In this document: positions 27,834 through 37,009 of the stretch, in pieces
How the letters are laid out: the number at the start of each line of letters is the position of its first letter
Numbering within the stretch: position 1 is the stretch's first letter
From: Bryobacterales bacterium
Lineage (GTDB): Bacteria > Acidobacteriota > Terriglobia > Bryobacterales > UBA6623
Direction of reading: 5' to 3'
NCBI GenBank assembly: GCA_965247305.1
Contig: OZ252030.1
Span: 3,847,699-3,911,698 of the forward strand
DNA length: 64,000 bases
The notes under the pieces: generated by a model
What the model was told of the DNA's origin: nothing
What the model saw: the letters and a program-made list of their open reading frames with translations, nothing else
Databases searched by the model: none
Translations under genes and position numbers: made by a program

Positions 27834-28993
27834 CTAGTGTAGTGCGTCAATCAGATTGAACCTTAAGAAGAGCGGCTTTGCCGCGCTTGACCTTCTCAAG
27901 GGTGTCGGAAGCGGTAGCAGTCCAGATGAAGGGCTTGGGCTGCTGATTGTGTCGAGCGATGTAGTCTTCGATGGCGGTGGTGAGTTCGCCGACGCTACGA
28001 AAGACACCGTGGCGGATGCGCTTATCGGTGAGGTCTCGGAAGAACCTCTCCACCATGTTCAGCCACGACGCTGAGGTGGGCGTGAAATGGACGTGGAAGC
28101 GTTTATTGCGCTGCAGCCAGCGTTTCACCGTGGCGTGTTTGTGAGTGGCATAGTTGTCCACGATCAAATGGATCTGCTTGTCCTTGGGGGTCTGGTTTTC
28201 AAGCAAGCGCAAGAAGCGCAGCCATTCTTGGTGGCGGTGCTTGGGCATGCAGGTTCCGATCACCGAGCCGTCGAGCGTGTTGAGCGCGGCGAACAAGGTG
28301 GTTGTGCCGTTGCGTTTGTAGTCGTGGGTCATGGTCCGGCCGCGTCCCTTTTTCAGGGGCAGGCCGGGCTGGGTGCGGTCGAGGGCTTGAATCTGTGACT
28401 TCTCGTCGAGGCAAAGAACGAGGGCATGCTCGGGCGGGTTGAGATAAAGTCCGATGATGTCGTCGAGTTTTTCGGCGAAGCGCGGGTCGTTGCTGAGTTT
28501 GAAGGTCTTGACGCGATGCGGCTTGAGGCCGTGGGCGCGCCAAATGCGACCCACGGTGGAGGCGCTGACGCCGACCGCGGCGGCCATCGTGCGGCGGCTC
28601 CAATGGGTGGCGTTGGCTGGCGTTTCGCGGGTCGTCTTGTGGATGATCTGTTGCACTGTTGGGGAGCAGATGGCGGGCTTACGGCCGGGCCGCGGGGCGT
28701 CCTTTTCGATGCCGGCGACGCCGGATTCAAGAAAACGGCTTCGCCAGCGCGCCACCAACTGACGCGAGACCGACAGCTGCGCGGCAATCCGTTTGTTCTC
28801 AAGACCGTCGGCGGCGAGCACGATGATCCTGGCTCGCAACGCCAGACGAACAGCGACCCGACGACCGTTCGCGTAGCGCTCCAACTGCCTACGCTGCTCC
28901 TGCGTCAATGGGACTGGCTCTGCTCTTCGCATCCGTGTGCCTTCTACTAGTAAAGGCGACACGAAGATACTATAAGTTACATTATTTATGGCG
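27834..28993 (-). mobile_element. IS630-family insertion sequence (copy 2)
   Basis: 13-bp IRs: CTAGTGTAGTGCG at 27833..27845 and CGCACTACACTAG at 28982..28994. TA on both sides. Transposase at 27847..28962. Confidence 0.8.
27847..28962 (-). CDS. IS630-family transposase
   Basis: 371 aa. Co-linear with 9242..10342 (HTH, ..[14 protein letters not shown].., DDE core). Confidence 0.8.
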   Translation of the reverse strand: MSPLLVEGTRMRRAEPVPLTQEQRRQLERYANGRRVAVRLALRARIIVLAADGLENKRIAAQLSVSRQLVARWRSRFLESGVAGIEKDAPRPGRKPAICSPTVQQIIHKTTRETPANATHWSRRTMAAAVGVSASTVGRIWRAHGLKPHRVKTFKLSNDPRFAEKLDDIIGLYLNPPEHALVLCLDEKSQIQALDRTQPGLPLKKGRGRTMTHDYKRNGTTTLFAALNTLDGSVIGTCMPKHRHQEWLRFLRLLENQTPKDKQIHLIVDNYATHKHATVKRWLQRNKRFHVHFTPTSASWLNMVERFFRDLTDKRIRHGVFRSVGELTTAIEDYIARHNQQPKPFIWTATASDTLEKVKRGKAALLKVQSD

Positions 28994-28995
28994 CA

Positions 28996-30888
28996 CTACA
29001 CTAGATGACTGATTGTGCGCTGCGGTTGGCCGACGGACTCCATAAACTCACCTGTGCGGCTGCGCCAGACGAGAGTCTGAACGGCGGCGCCTCCGGCGTC
29101 GTCTCGATAGGACAGCGTTCCGTCGTGTGAGACCGTAGCGGCGAAACCGGCTGTGCTGATGGGGAATGCGTCGCCAGTCGGCTCGAGGGAGTCAAGAGAG
29201 AAAGGCAGGGCCCATAGTCCTCGATCACCATCGTCGGTGGGCGCGTGGATCAGGTAGCCGTCCTGCGAGTAGACCGGCTTTGTGCCGGGACCGAGTTCGC
29301 GACGTTCTCCCGTCTCCATGTTCAAGACCGCTACCCAGCGATCAGAGGGTGTGACCGTCGCTGAATAGACAAGTGCAAGGGGGCCGTCGTCGGCCGGCAA
29401 GAAATGAGGGTAGAGAGATACGCGTCGAGGGCTGTCGCTGGCATCGAATAGCAACTGCGGCTGGCCGCCGCGGGAAGCGATCTCATACAACTGTAGACCT
29501 GAGGAAAACACGATTCGCTCGCCGCCTGGGCTCCAGGTTCCACCCATGAAGTAGTTCTGTGCCGGCAACTCACAGAGCGTGATCGGCCTGCCGCCGTCGA
29601 TCGAAACTCGCTTCAACTGGTAATCCGGGTCACCAACAGCGAAGCCGATCTCCGAGCTGCCCGGCGACCAAAAGCCGTCGATTGCCCCTTCCGTCCCTGG
29701 AAGTTTACTCGTGGACTCGTCGCTGAGTGATCGCAGCCAGAGGCTGCTGTCGCTGCCTGTCTGAGCGGCATACAGGATGTACTTGCCGTCCGGGGAAATG
29801 TGTGCTTGACTGAGGCCCTCCGGAGCGAACGAAAAGCGTGTTACTGGCCGCTCTGGCGGAGCCTCGGTGAAGTGGACCGCCGTCACAAGCAGGAAGGCTA
29901 GTGTCGCTACGGCAGCCAGAGCTTGCAGCACAAGCAATCTGCGCTTGCCCACTACAATTGCATCGGGCACCACCGCTTCGGTGGGCTTGACGGTCGTTCC
30001 AGCCGTCGAGGTTGCAGGAATGGGAGCGCTTGAGGTCAAATTCTCGGTCCGCAGAATCGTCGATCTTCCCGACTTGAGCTTCTCGCTCAGCGTGCGCAGA
30101 TCGACCGCAATCTCACTGGCATGCTGGTAACGATCCGAAGCATCCTTGGCGAGGCACTTGCCGACGACGAACTCCAACTCCATTGGGACACCGGCCCGAA
30201 TCCCAGTGAGCGGCTCGGGCTCTTCCTGGACAATCTCGTACAGCAGAGCTTGGTCGTACTGCCCCTTGAACGGGCGCACGCCCGCAACCATTTCATACAG
30301 TGCGCAACCGAGCGCCCAAATGTCAGTGCGGTGATCGACTTCGGCTCCCTGCGCTTGCTCGGGAGACATGTAGGCGACCGTTCCAACCGTTGTGTCGAGC
30401 TTCGTAAGCTTCGACCCCTCGGTCAGCAGAGCGAGGCCGAAGTCGAGGATCTTCGCTCGCCCGTCCGGCGTGATCAAGAGATTCCCCGGCTTAATGTCGC
30501 GATGGACAACTCCAGCCGTGTGTGCCTCTTGTAACCCCTCGGCGATCTGTCGTGCTATATCGAGAACATCCGGGAGCGGTAGCGGGCCTTTCTCGATGCG
30601 AGCCTCCAACGACTCGCCCTGGACAAGTTCCATCGCCAGGAAGCTCTTGCCGTCCGCTTCGTCGATTTCGTAGACGGTGCAGATGTTCGGGTGGTTTAGC
30701 GCCGCTGAGGCTTTGGCCTCACGTTCGAATCTTTTATGGATCTCTGGATCGGAGACCAGATGCGAGGCGAGGAACTTCAGCGCGACCTGCCAGCTGAGTT
30801 TTAGATCCTCCGCCTTCCACACTTCCCCCATTCCACCGGAGCCAATGTGTTCCAGGATCTTGTAGTGACTGATCGTCTGGCCTATCAA
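28996..30888 (-). CDS. Ser/Thr protein kinase with TM segment and PD40 beta-propeller domain (3' end interrupted by IS630)
   Basis: Hanks kinase motifs GSGGMGEVWKA, HRDIKPGNLL, DFGLA. Central TM helix. C-terminal PD40 blades. The last codons and stop are supplied by the IS terminus. Confidence 0.85.
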   Translation of the reverse strand: MIGQTISHYKILEHIGSGGMGEVWKAEDLKLSWQVALKFLASHLVSDPEIHKRFEREAKASAALNHPNICTVYEIDEADGKSFLAMELVQGESLEARIEKGPLPLPDVLDIARQIAEGLQEAHTAGVVHRDIKPGNLLITPDGRAKILDFGLALLTEGSKLTKLDTTVGTVAYMSPEQAQGAEVDHRTDIWALGCALYEMVAGVRPFKGQYDQALLYEIVQEEPEPLTGIRAGVPMELEFVVGKCLAKDASDRYQHASEIAVDLRTLSEKLKSGRSTILRTENLTSSAPIPATSTAGTTVKPTEAVVPDAIVVGKRRLLVLQALAAVATLAFLLVTAVHFTEAPPERPVTRFSFAPEGLSQAHISPDGKYILYAAQTGSDSSLWLRSLSDESTSKLPGTEGAIDGFWSPGSSEIGFAVGDPDYQLKRVSIDGGRPITLCELPAQNYFMGGTWSPGGERIVFSSGLQLYEIASRGGQPQLLFDASDSPRRVSLYPHFLPADDGPLALVYSATVTPSDRWVAVLNMETGERRELGPGTKPVYSQDGYLIHAPTDDGDRGLWALPFSLDSLEPTGDAFPISTAGFAATVSHDGTLSYRDDAGGAAVQTLVWRSRTGEFMESVGQPQRTISHLV

Positions 30889-31169
30889 GACAGCCCGATT
30901 TTACCGTCCAGACGATGCTGACCGGATAACTAGTAGAAACAAACGATGCCACAAACTCCCATTCGAGAGGGTGCCAAAACCCCCGCCAAAGGGCTCTAAG
31001 GCTCTGTTTATAGGCCTCTGAGCAACTTCGACCCGTCGACAGTTGGGTCGGAAATTATTTTTTGGTAGCTATGCGTCAAACGGTTGAAATTTCGGCGGTT
31101 TGGGACGGAGCCCAAACTGTGGCGGGCGCACGCGCAGCCGCGCCACAGCTTGGTAGCCAATCGGCCACA

Positions 31170-32831
31170 CTAAAGCTCGGGCTTCACCTCATCAGTTGTT
31201 CCTCCATTCTCGTTCTCCTTTACGGCATTGACGATAGGGTCCAATAGGTCGGACGTTACTCCGACCGTCTGGAGAAGATGGCCGATGCCGACCGCGTCAG
31301 CCTTGTTGATCAAATCGAAGACGAACTTCGGCACCTGGGAGGCGTAGCGCGAAACCGGATCATTTCCGCTCTCGCCGCCGAGATCGATAATGCGAATCTC
31401 GTCGACCGACGCCAACGGCGCCGCGGCGGCGGCAAAGATTCTGGCGGCTCCGTCGTCGCCGAGGGCTTTGGCGACAGCATCGCCAATGGCGGTTGCGACC
31501 TCGGGGGCGGCGTCGAGGACTTGCAAGAGCTTACCGGTTTGATCCAACTTGGCAAGAGCTAGCGCTAGCTGCTCCTTACCTTCTGCCTCGGCCAGCAGCC
31601 TAGCCTTCTGACCCTCGGCCTGCGCCAGCAATGATGCCTTCTCGCCGTCGGCCTCGGCTAGCAAAGCGGCCTTGTGCCCCGCAGCCTCGGCCTCTTTGCG
31701 CGCCAGCATCGCGGCGGCTTCGCCCTCACCCTCGAATCGCGCCTTGTCTTTCGAGGCTTCCGCTAGTACTCGCGTTGCCTCAGCTCGACGCGTTGCGGCT
31801 TCGCGCTCGGCTTCAGCTTCAATGATGAGTTTCTGCTTTTCGGCGGTTGCCGCGGTGATCAAAGTCGCGTCGAGTTCGGCGCGTCTGCGGTTCTGTTCGC
31901 GCTCTTGCAGTCCGATGCGGGCGTTGGTCTCGGCTGTTTCCTTCGACACCTCGGCAAGGCGGACTTGTTTCTCGGCCGTTGCCTTCGCCAAAGGACCGGC
32001 CTGCGCGGCTGTCGCTTGCTCGGACTCTACTTCGGCCAACAACTGCGCCTTGCGCACGTTCAAGTCGCGTTCGGATTCCGCGACCTTCTGCTCGTTGACG
32101 AACGACGCCTCTTTGCCTCGGCGGATCGCCTCGGACGTTTTCTCCATCGTTTCGCGCTCGGCTTCGGCCTCGCCGATCGACGCGTCGCGCTTCACCTCGG
32201 CGGTGCGCTTCTTGCCGAGTGAGTCGAGATAGCCTTCCGGATCGCGAACGTCTTTGATGGGGAAGGTCACGATGGTGAAGCCCATCGCTTTTAGGTCGGG
32301 CTCGGCGGCATCTTGCACTTCTTGTCCGAATTTTTGACGGTCGCGATAGATTTCCTCGGGAGTGAGTTTGCCAATGATGGCGCGCAGATGGCCTTGGAGA
32401 GTTTCCTGAATCGTCGAATGAATCTCCACCTCGCCCATGCCGCCAAACTGCTCGGCGGCGATCTCGAGCGAGGCGTCGGTGCCGTCGATCTTGACGTTCG
32501 CCATCGATTCGACAGAAACCGGCACGCCGTCGCGGCTATAGGAGTTTTCGACAACGACGTGGAGTTGAATTACGTTGAGATCAAGCCACGAGACCTTCTC
32601 GAGAACCGGCCAGACGAGCGTTGCACCGCCCTTTACGATGCGGAACCCGCGCTTGCGGACGGCACTGCCGTCGGCATCGCGAACCTTGTACTTACGGCCG
32701 TAGATGATGGCAGCTTTTTCGGGCGGAACACGTTTCCAGTTGCGAAGAAAGGCCAGGATGCCAGCCAGCATCGTGAGACCGACGCCGCCCAATACGATCG
32801 GGAGCAATAACTCTGAAAATTCCTGCAACAT
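31170..32831 (-). CDS. flotillin-family SPFH/band-7 protein (YqiK-like)
   Basis: N-terminal TM, SPFH domain, and a long EA-rich coiled coil (AEAEREAATRRAEA..). Confidence 0.85.
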   Translation of the reverse strand: MLQEFSELLLPIVLGGVGLTMLAGILAFLRNWKRVPPEKAAIIYGRKYKVRDADGSAVRKRGFRIVKGGATLVWPVLEKVSWLDLNVIQLHVVVENSYSRDGVPVSVESMANVKIDGTDASLEIAAEQFGGMGEVEIHSTIQETLQGHLRAIIGKLTPEEIYRDRQKFGQEVQDAAEPDLKAMGFTIVTFPIKDVRDPEGYLDSLGKKRTAEVKRDASIGEAEAERETMEKTSEAIRRGKEASFVNEQKVAESERDLNVRKAQLLAEVESEQATAAQAGPLAKATAEKQVRLAEVSKETAETNARIGLQEREQNRRRAELDATLITAATAEKQKLIIEAEAEREAATRRAEATRVLAEASKDKARFEGEGEAAAMLARKEAEAAGHKAALLAEADGEKASLLAQAEGQKARLLAEAEGKEQLALALAKLDQTGKLLQVLDAAPEVATAIGDAVAKALGDDGAARIFAAAAAPLASVDEIRIIDLGGESGNDPVSRYASQVPKFVFDLINKADAVGIGHLLQTVGVTSDLLDPIVNAVKENENGGTTDEVKPEL

Positions 32832-32853
32832 CCTTAAACCCTCCTTTGATCTT

Positions 32854-33417
32854 TCATTCGGAACTGCCTGTCACTGTCTCGACGACGACGCTGTCGCCTT
32901 CGAGAGCGATCACTTTTACGCGCGCGTTGGTTGCGATTGCGGAGCCGCCCGCCGACCGCGCCGGTTTCGTGACGCGAGCGCCCGCCACGGACAGCACGGC
33001 CTGGCCCGTACCGCGCTCGGGAATGGCGAGCGTGAGAGTTCCGGTCGAACCCTCGATCGAGGCCGGCGCGATCGTGCTCGATGCCTGCTGCTTGGTCACA
33101 AATACAAGCACCGCCATGGTAAGCGCTCCACACACGAGGCCTGCCAGCGCACCGATAGCGGAGCTTGGCAAGGCGCTCATGCCGTAGACTGTGGCGGTCC
33201 AACCACTGGCGCCAAAACCGGCAATGCAGACCATCAGCGCCCTAAAAATTCCAGGGTGGCCGCCGTCCACATCGGCGAAGTCGAAGAAGTCAAACAGACT
33301 TCCAAGTAGATCTTCGAGGCCGTCGAAGAGTTCGCCAACGACGAATGCCAGCAGTGTGAATAACGCGCCAAACGCGAAGATGGCGAAGAATATATTGGCT
33401 TGTGTCAGTTCGAGCAT
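32854..33417 (-). CDS. NfeD-like membrane protein (YqiJ-like), partner of flotillin
   Basis: Two to three TM helices followed by a C-terminal beta-rich (OB-like) soluble domain. It sits immediately upstream of the flotillin gene on the same strand. Confidence 0.7.
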   Translation of the reverse strand: MLELTQANIFFAIFAFGALFTLLAFVVGELFDGLEDLLGSLFDFFDFADVDGGHPGIFRALMVCIAGFGASGWTATVYGMSALPSSAIGALAGLVCGALTMAVLVFVTKQQASSTIAPASIEGSTGTLTLAIPERGTGQAVLSVAGARVTKPARSAGGSAIATNARVKVIALEGDSVVVETVTGSSE

Positions 33418-34123
33418 AACGGCGTCACCGCGGCACCAGTCTAACGGTCGCCAGCGTTGATTGCAACGCTTCCTATTTGTAATTAATTACGGATCTCTGG
33501 GTGAAATCTTCCCACTTTTCAACGAAACCAGGGCTGACATCCGAAATGGCATCATGGACGACTGCGCGGCCCGTGAACAGTAGATTGGTCGCCGGATTGA
33601 TGGATGTGAGGCTGATGAGCCCAGCACCAATGTACGGTGGCCGCTATCGCATCCGGAACGAGTCCATTTCATACCCGTATAGACAGATCCTCAACGAACA
33701 ACTAAGAAAGACTAGAACCTTGGTAGACGCACTTTCATAGGCAGCTCGATCGCCGGCGCGGCGGCGGCTTTTACCCCTACGGCAGCCGACGCACAGGTGC
33801 CTGGCTACCGACTTGTCCAATACAAGATGAGCGTAAGCGGTGGCAGGGAAAGGGACTGGGCAACACGGGCTCGTTGTAGCACCGGCCGGCTCGGAAAGCG
33901 GGCCGGGAGGTTACCCGATAACCGGAAAGGGCGGCATTCTATTCGCATTCGAACATTGCCCAGCGGGGACCAGCGCCTCGTTTGATCTCTCCAGCTGCGA
34001 AGTTGCGGATGGCGACGGAGATCGCAATAAATAGCGGGCGATCAACATCACCCTCAGAAAAGCATGCATCTCCGTCGTAAGCTAGACGTGGAGGCGTTAG
34101 ACCACCCCACCGAGGAAGTACCG

Positions 34124-34435
34124 GAATTCCGGGACGGAGCCCGAACTTTGTCGACAAAGTCTCTAATTGCAGCACGATTCGTGAAACCTTGGCTGAAACG
34201 CACAGCCTTCTGATGTATGAATCTCTCTGTAATCAGCATTTCCCAAGGTTCGGGCTCCGTCCCGGATCTTCGTCCCGGATCTTCCAGCATTTCCCAAGGT
34301 TCGGGCTCCGTCCCGGATCTTCCAAGGTTCGGGCTCCGTCCCGGATCTTGATGTATGAATCTCTCTGTAATCAGCATTTCCCAAGGTTCGGGCTCCGTCC
34401 CGGATCTTGCGGATCTTGTCCCGGATCTTCAGTAG
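34124..34435 (+). repeat. 28-mer direct repeat array (4 direct copies, 1 inverted) within a 2x roughly 140-bp duplicated unit
   Basis: CCAAGGTTCGGGCTCCGTCCCGGATCTT lies at 34243, 34294, 34322 and 34381. An inverted core is at 34126..34143. Extra GTCCCGGATCTT copies are present. TGATGTATGAATCTCTCTGTAATCAGCATTTC occurs twice. Confidence 0.8.
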
Positions 34436-34513
34436 TCAAAGCAAGCCTTTTACAGCGAACGGCAACCTGAGACCCCGCCGACGCCGGTCGATAAGACCAA
34501 TAGCTCTCGGCCC

Positions 34514-34948
34514 ATGACCATCGGATCACTAGCGACAGCTCCCTCCGCCACGCCACAGCTCCGTCCCGAGCGCTCGCAGCAATCGAAAACCGCCGAAGCC
34601 TCGCAAGCGAACACGGTGCCCGAAAAATCAACGAAAGAAAACGCCGCCGGCCTCGACCACGCCGAACAACAGCAAGTCCGCGAGCTCCAAAAAACCGACC
34701 GAGAAGTCCGCTCTCACGAACAAGCCCATCTAGCGGCCGCCGGAGGCCTCGCTGGAGGGGTTTCGTTCACCTACGTCACCGGTCCCGATGGGCAACGCTA
34801 CGCGGTAGGAGGCGAGGTCAGCATCGACACATCGCCGGTAGACGGTGACCCCGAAGCAACGATCCAAAAGGCGCGTCAGATCCAAGCCGCCGCCAATGCG
34901 CCCGCCGAGCCAAGACCGATCGGTAGCCGCAAAGGCATCACAACTTGA
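34514..34948 (+). CDS. small HExxH-motif protein (putative metalloprotease-like), probably frameshifted near its 3' third
   Basis: ..ELQKTDREVRSHEQAHLAAAGGLAGGVSFTYVTGPDGQRYAVGGEV.. contains HEQAH. A second frame (34845..35066) continues with a plausible coiled C-terminus. Confidence 0.5.
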   Translation: MTIGSLATAPSATPQLRPERSQQSKTAEASQANTVPEKSTKENAAGLDHAEQQQVRELQKTDREVRSHEQAHLAAAGGLAGGVSFTYVTGPDGQRYAVGGEVSIDTSPVDGDPEATIQKARQIQAAANAPAEPRPIGSRKGITT

Positions 34949-35062
34949 ACAAGCAGCCCGCCTCGAACTTATTCAAGAGCAACGCGAGAAGCACGCTTCA
35001 GAATTTAAAGAAAAAGACGACGTCGAAAGCGAAGTCTCTCGAAGAGTGCTCGATTCTGTCGC

Positions 35063-35860
35063 CTAACGCTTAAGCTGCGGAGTCTCGCGAACCTGTCCGC
35101 CAAGCGCCGCGTACGCTTCTTTAATTCGGATCACCTCGCCGTCTTCGAAAGTAACAAAAACGATGTCACCCGGTGGCTCGCCATAGATCCAATCTTCGGT
35201 CTCGACGCCCGCCTTGAAATCCCGAAATTTGCGCACTGGTCTACCCTGCGAGAGCAGCACCATCTCTTTATCCATGCCCTCAATGACTTCCTCGTTCTCG
35301 ATGGCTTCACGATACTTTGCGTCGATCTTATCCAGATAAAGTTCTGTGGCCGAGCGCTGTTCAAAGTCCAGTACCGGATTGAGCATCGCTTTGAACTCGT
35401 CCGCCGTCGTCGGAAGCTCCCCGTCGTCAAAGATCAGAGCAATCTTGGTCCCGCCCGGCGCGTGGGTCGCCTGGTTCGCGCCCAGCGTGGTGTTCTGACT
35501 CGTCGAACCCGATACCTGCACGCGGTGCCACCATCGCCGCCCGCCACTGATTCCGTTGTTCAATTCGATGATCAGCTTCTTGCTCTGAAACTGGATTTTT
35601 GTGATCTGCACCAAATCGCCCAAGCGTGCCGCCGGTCCGAATTTGCTCATCGAAAAAGCCCAAGCTTCCCGGTCGTACTGCCCTTGCGCGGAAAGCTCAA
35701 GCGGCTTCTTCGAACGCGGAATCAAGACCTTCGCCGTTCCAAATTCCGCGCTGAGTTCGCGAACGAGATGAACTCTCTGCTCGGGCGTCAGCTTTGCAGC
35801 GGTGCCCGGAAGGACGGTCAGCGCCGCCAAAAACGTCACCAAGACTCGCGTTACTCGCAT
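35063..35860 (-). CDS. secreted hypothetical protein
   Basis: Signal peptide MRVTRVLVTFLAALTVLPGTAA. 265 aa. No recognised motif. Confidence 0.55.
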   Translation of the reverse strand: MRVTRVLVTFLAALTVLPGTAAKLTPEQRVHLVRELSAEFGTAKVLIPRSKKPLELSAQGQYDREAWAFSMSKFGPAARLGDLVQITKIQFQSKKLIIELNNGISGGRRWWHRVQVSGSTSQNTTLGANQATHAPGGTKIALIFDDGELPTTADEFKAMLNPVLDFEQRSATELYLDKIDAKYREAIENEEVIEGMDKEMVLLSQGRPVRKFRDFKAGVETEDWIYGEPPGDIVFVTFEDGEVIRIKEAYAALGGQVRETPQLKR

Positions 35861-35890
35861 CGGTGGCCCCTATCGTGACTTCGGATTATA

Positions 35891-36068
35891 GCCCGCATTT
35901 CTCACCACCTGACGGCGAAAGCACGCGATAGGTGCGCCACTACTTCGTTGTGCTCGATCGCGAGTGCTCGACGGACTGTCAAGTACGCCTCCGCGCGCCG
36001 ACCGTCGCCCGCCTCGTATTGACGCAGCTCTCACGCACTTTCGCTCGCCACGTGATGAGAAATGAGGG
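35891..36068. mobile_element. MITE copy 1 (about 175 bp, 18-bp TIRs, TA flanks)
   Basis: GCCCGCATTTCTCACCAC ... GTGATGAGAAATGAGGGC. About 95% identical to 47575..47753. Confidence 0.75.
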
Positions 36069-36933
36069 CTGGTTCCCATAGCTGTGCAGTCTTCACCTCG
36101 CGACGGGGCAGAACCCACAAGATCGCTCCCATGGCAACAGCGCCAACGGTGCCGATCGCTCCGGCTTCGGGCCCATACTCGCCGCCCGTCAGCCAAGCCG
36201 CTCCGCTCGACTCGAGGTTCAACTCAGTCAACCTAATTGTAAGGCCCGAGATGTTTGCGCCGAGCAATGCTTCCGCGCTATTCCACCCGTAATGTATTCC
36301 AAAGGACATCCACAGCGACCGGTGCCACAAAATCGCCAGCCCGAAAACACCCCCATAAAGCGCCGTGTTCAGCGTCGCGATCCAAGTCGAATTGGGATTC
36401 GAGGCATGAAGCAGTGCGAAGACAATCGACGTCGCCGCAATCGCTCCCATCGGAGTCATCGCTCGCCCAAGCTGTTGAAGAAAGTAGCCGCGAACGAATA
36501 GCTCTTCGCCGGCCGCGCCAATCGCTAAGAGGGTAAGCCCCGTCCCGAGGGATCCCCGCCAGTCGAACCGAACGGCCGCCGGATCGACTGGTGTCCACGA
36601 CGCCCATCCGGCAGTCAACAGTACCCCGACGATCAGCGCGCAGATTCCCGCGCCAAGTGCGAGCCCCAAAAGAAGTGGCCGAGCGAAATCCGAGTCAAGC
36701 CCCACGGCCGACCACGGCCTTCGCGGCGGGACCCGCAACAGAATCGCCGTCACCAGCAGCGATCCGACGAACAGCGGAATCACGTTCAGAGCAATCGACG
36801 ACTCGGTGAATGAACCCGCCAACCAAGCCACGAGCGCGCCTACGATGAACGTTGCAACAAAAAACAGAACGGCAGACAGCACTGCTGAAACCGCCGGTTT
36901 CCATCGATTGAATTGATCCAGAGCCACGCCCAT
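36031..36933 (-). CDS. CPBP-family intramembrane metalloprotease (CAAX protease/Abi family)
   Basis: Multi-TM protein. Conserved EELFVRGY (motif 1), FALLH (motif 2) and HYGWN (motif 3). Start taken at MGVALDQ. Confidence 0.75.
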   Translation of the reverse strand: MGVALDQFNRWKPAVSAVLSAVLFFVATFIVGALVAWLAGSFTESSIALNVIPLFVGSLLVTAILLRVPPRRPWSAVGLDSDFARPLLLGLALGAGICALIVGVLLTAGWASWTPVDPAAVRFDWRGSLGTGLTLLAIGAAGEELFVRGYFLQQLGRAMTPMGAIAATSIVFALLHASNPNSTWIATLNTALYGGVFGLAILWHRSLWMSFGIHYGWNSAEALLGANISGLTIRLTELNLESSGAAWLTGGEYGPEAGAIGTVGAVAMGAILWVLPRREVKTAQLWEPALISHHVASESA

Positions 36934-37009
36934 CGTCAAGCGTAGCCGATGCGGAATCGTGCGCCCCGAACGTCTCGGCGCACCCGCGGCGCGCCGGACG
37001 CTTTGACGC

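Noticed and set aside
34205-34435. Possible CRISPR array (28-nt direct repeats)
   Set aside because: The spacers are 0, 23 and 31 nt. They are themselves made of repeat fragments (GTCCCGGATCTT). There is an inverted copy upstream and no cas genes. It behaves as a tandem/iteron-like repeat, not CRISPR.
34054-34470. ORFs 34054..34377(-), 34163..34384(-) and 34189..34470(+) with internally repeated peptide motifs
   Set aside because: They lie entirely on the 28-mer tandem repeat. Their periodic amino-acid repeats are a translation of DNA repeats.
35870-36196. ORFs 35870..36196(-) and 47572..47841(-) encoding similar peptides (..RGERKCVRAASIRGGRRSARGGVLDSPSSTRDRAQRSSGAP..)
   Set aside because: Both are read-throughs of the two MITE copies. 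Their similarity is DNA-repeat identity, not a gene family.
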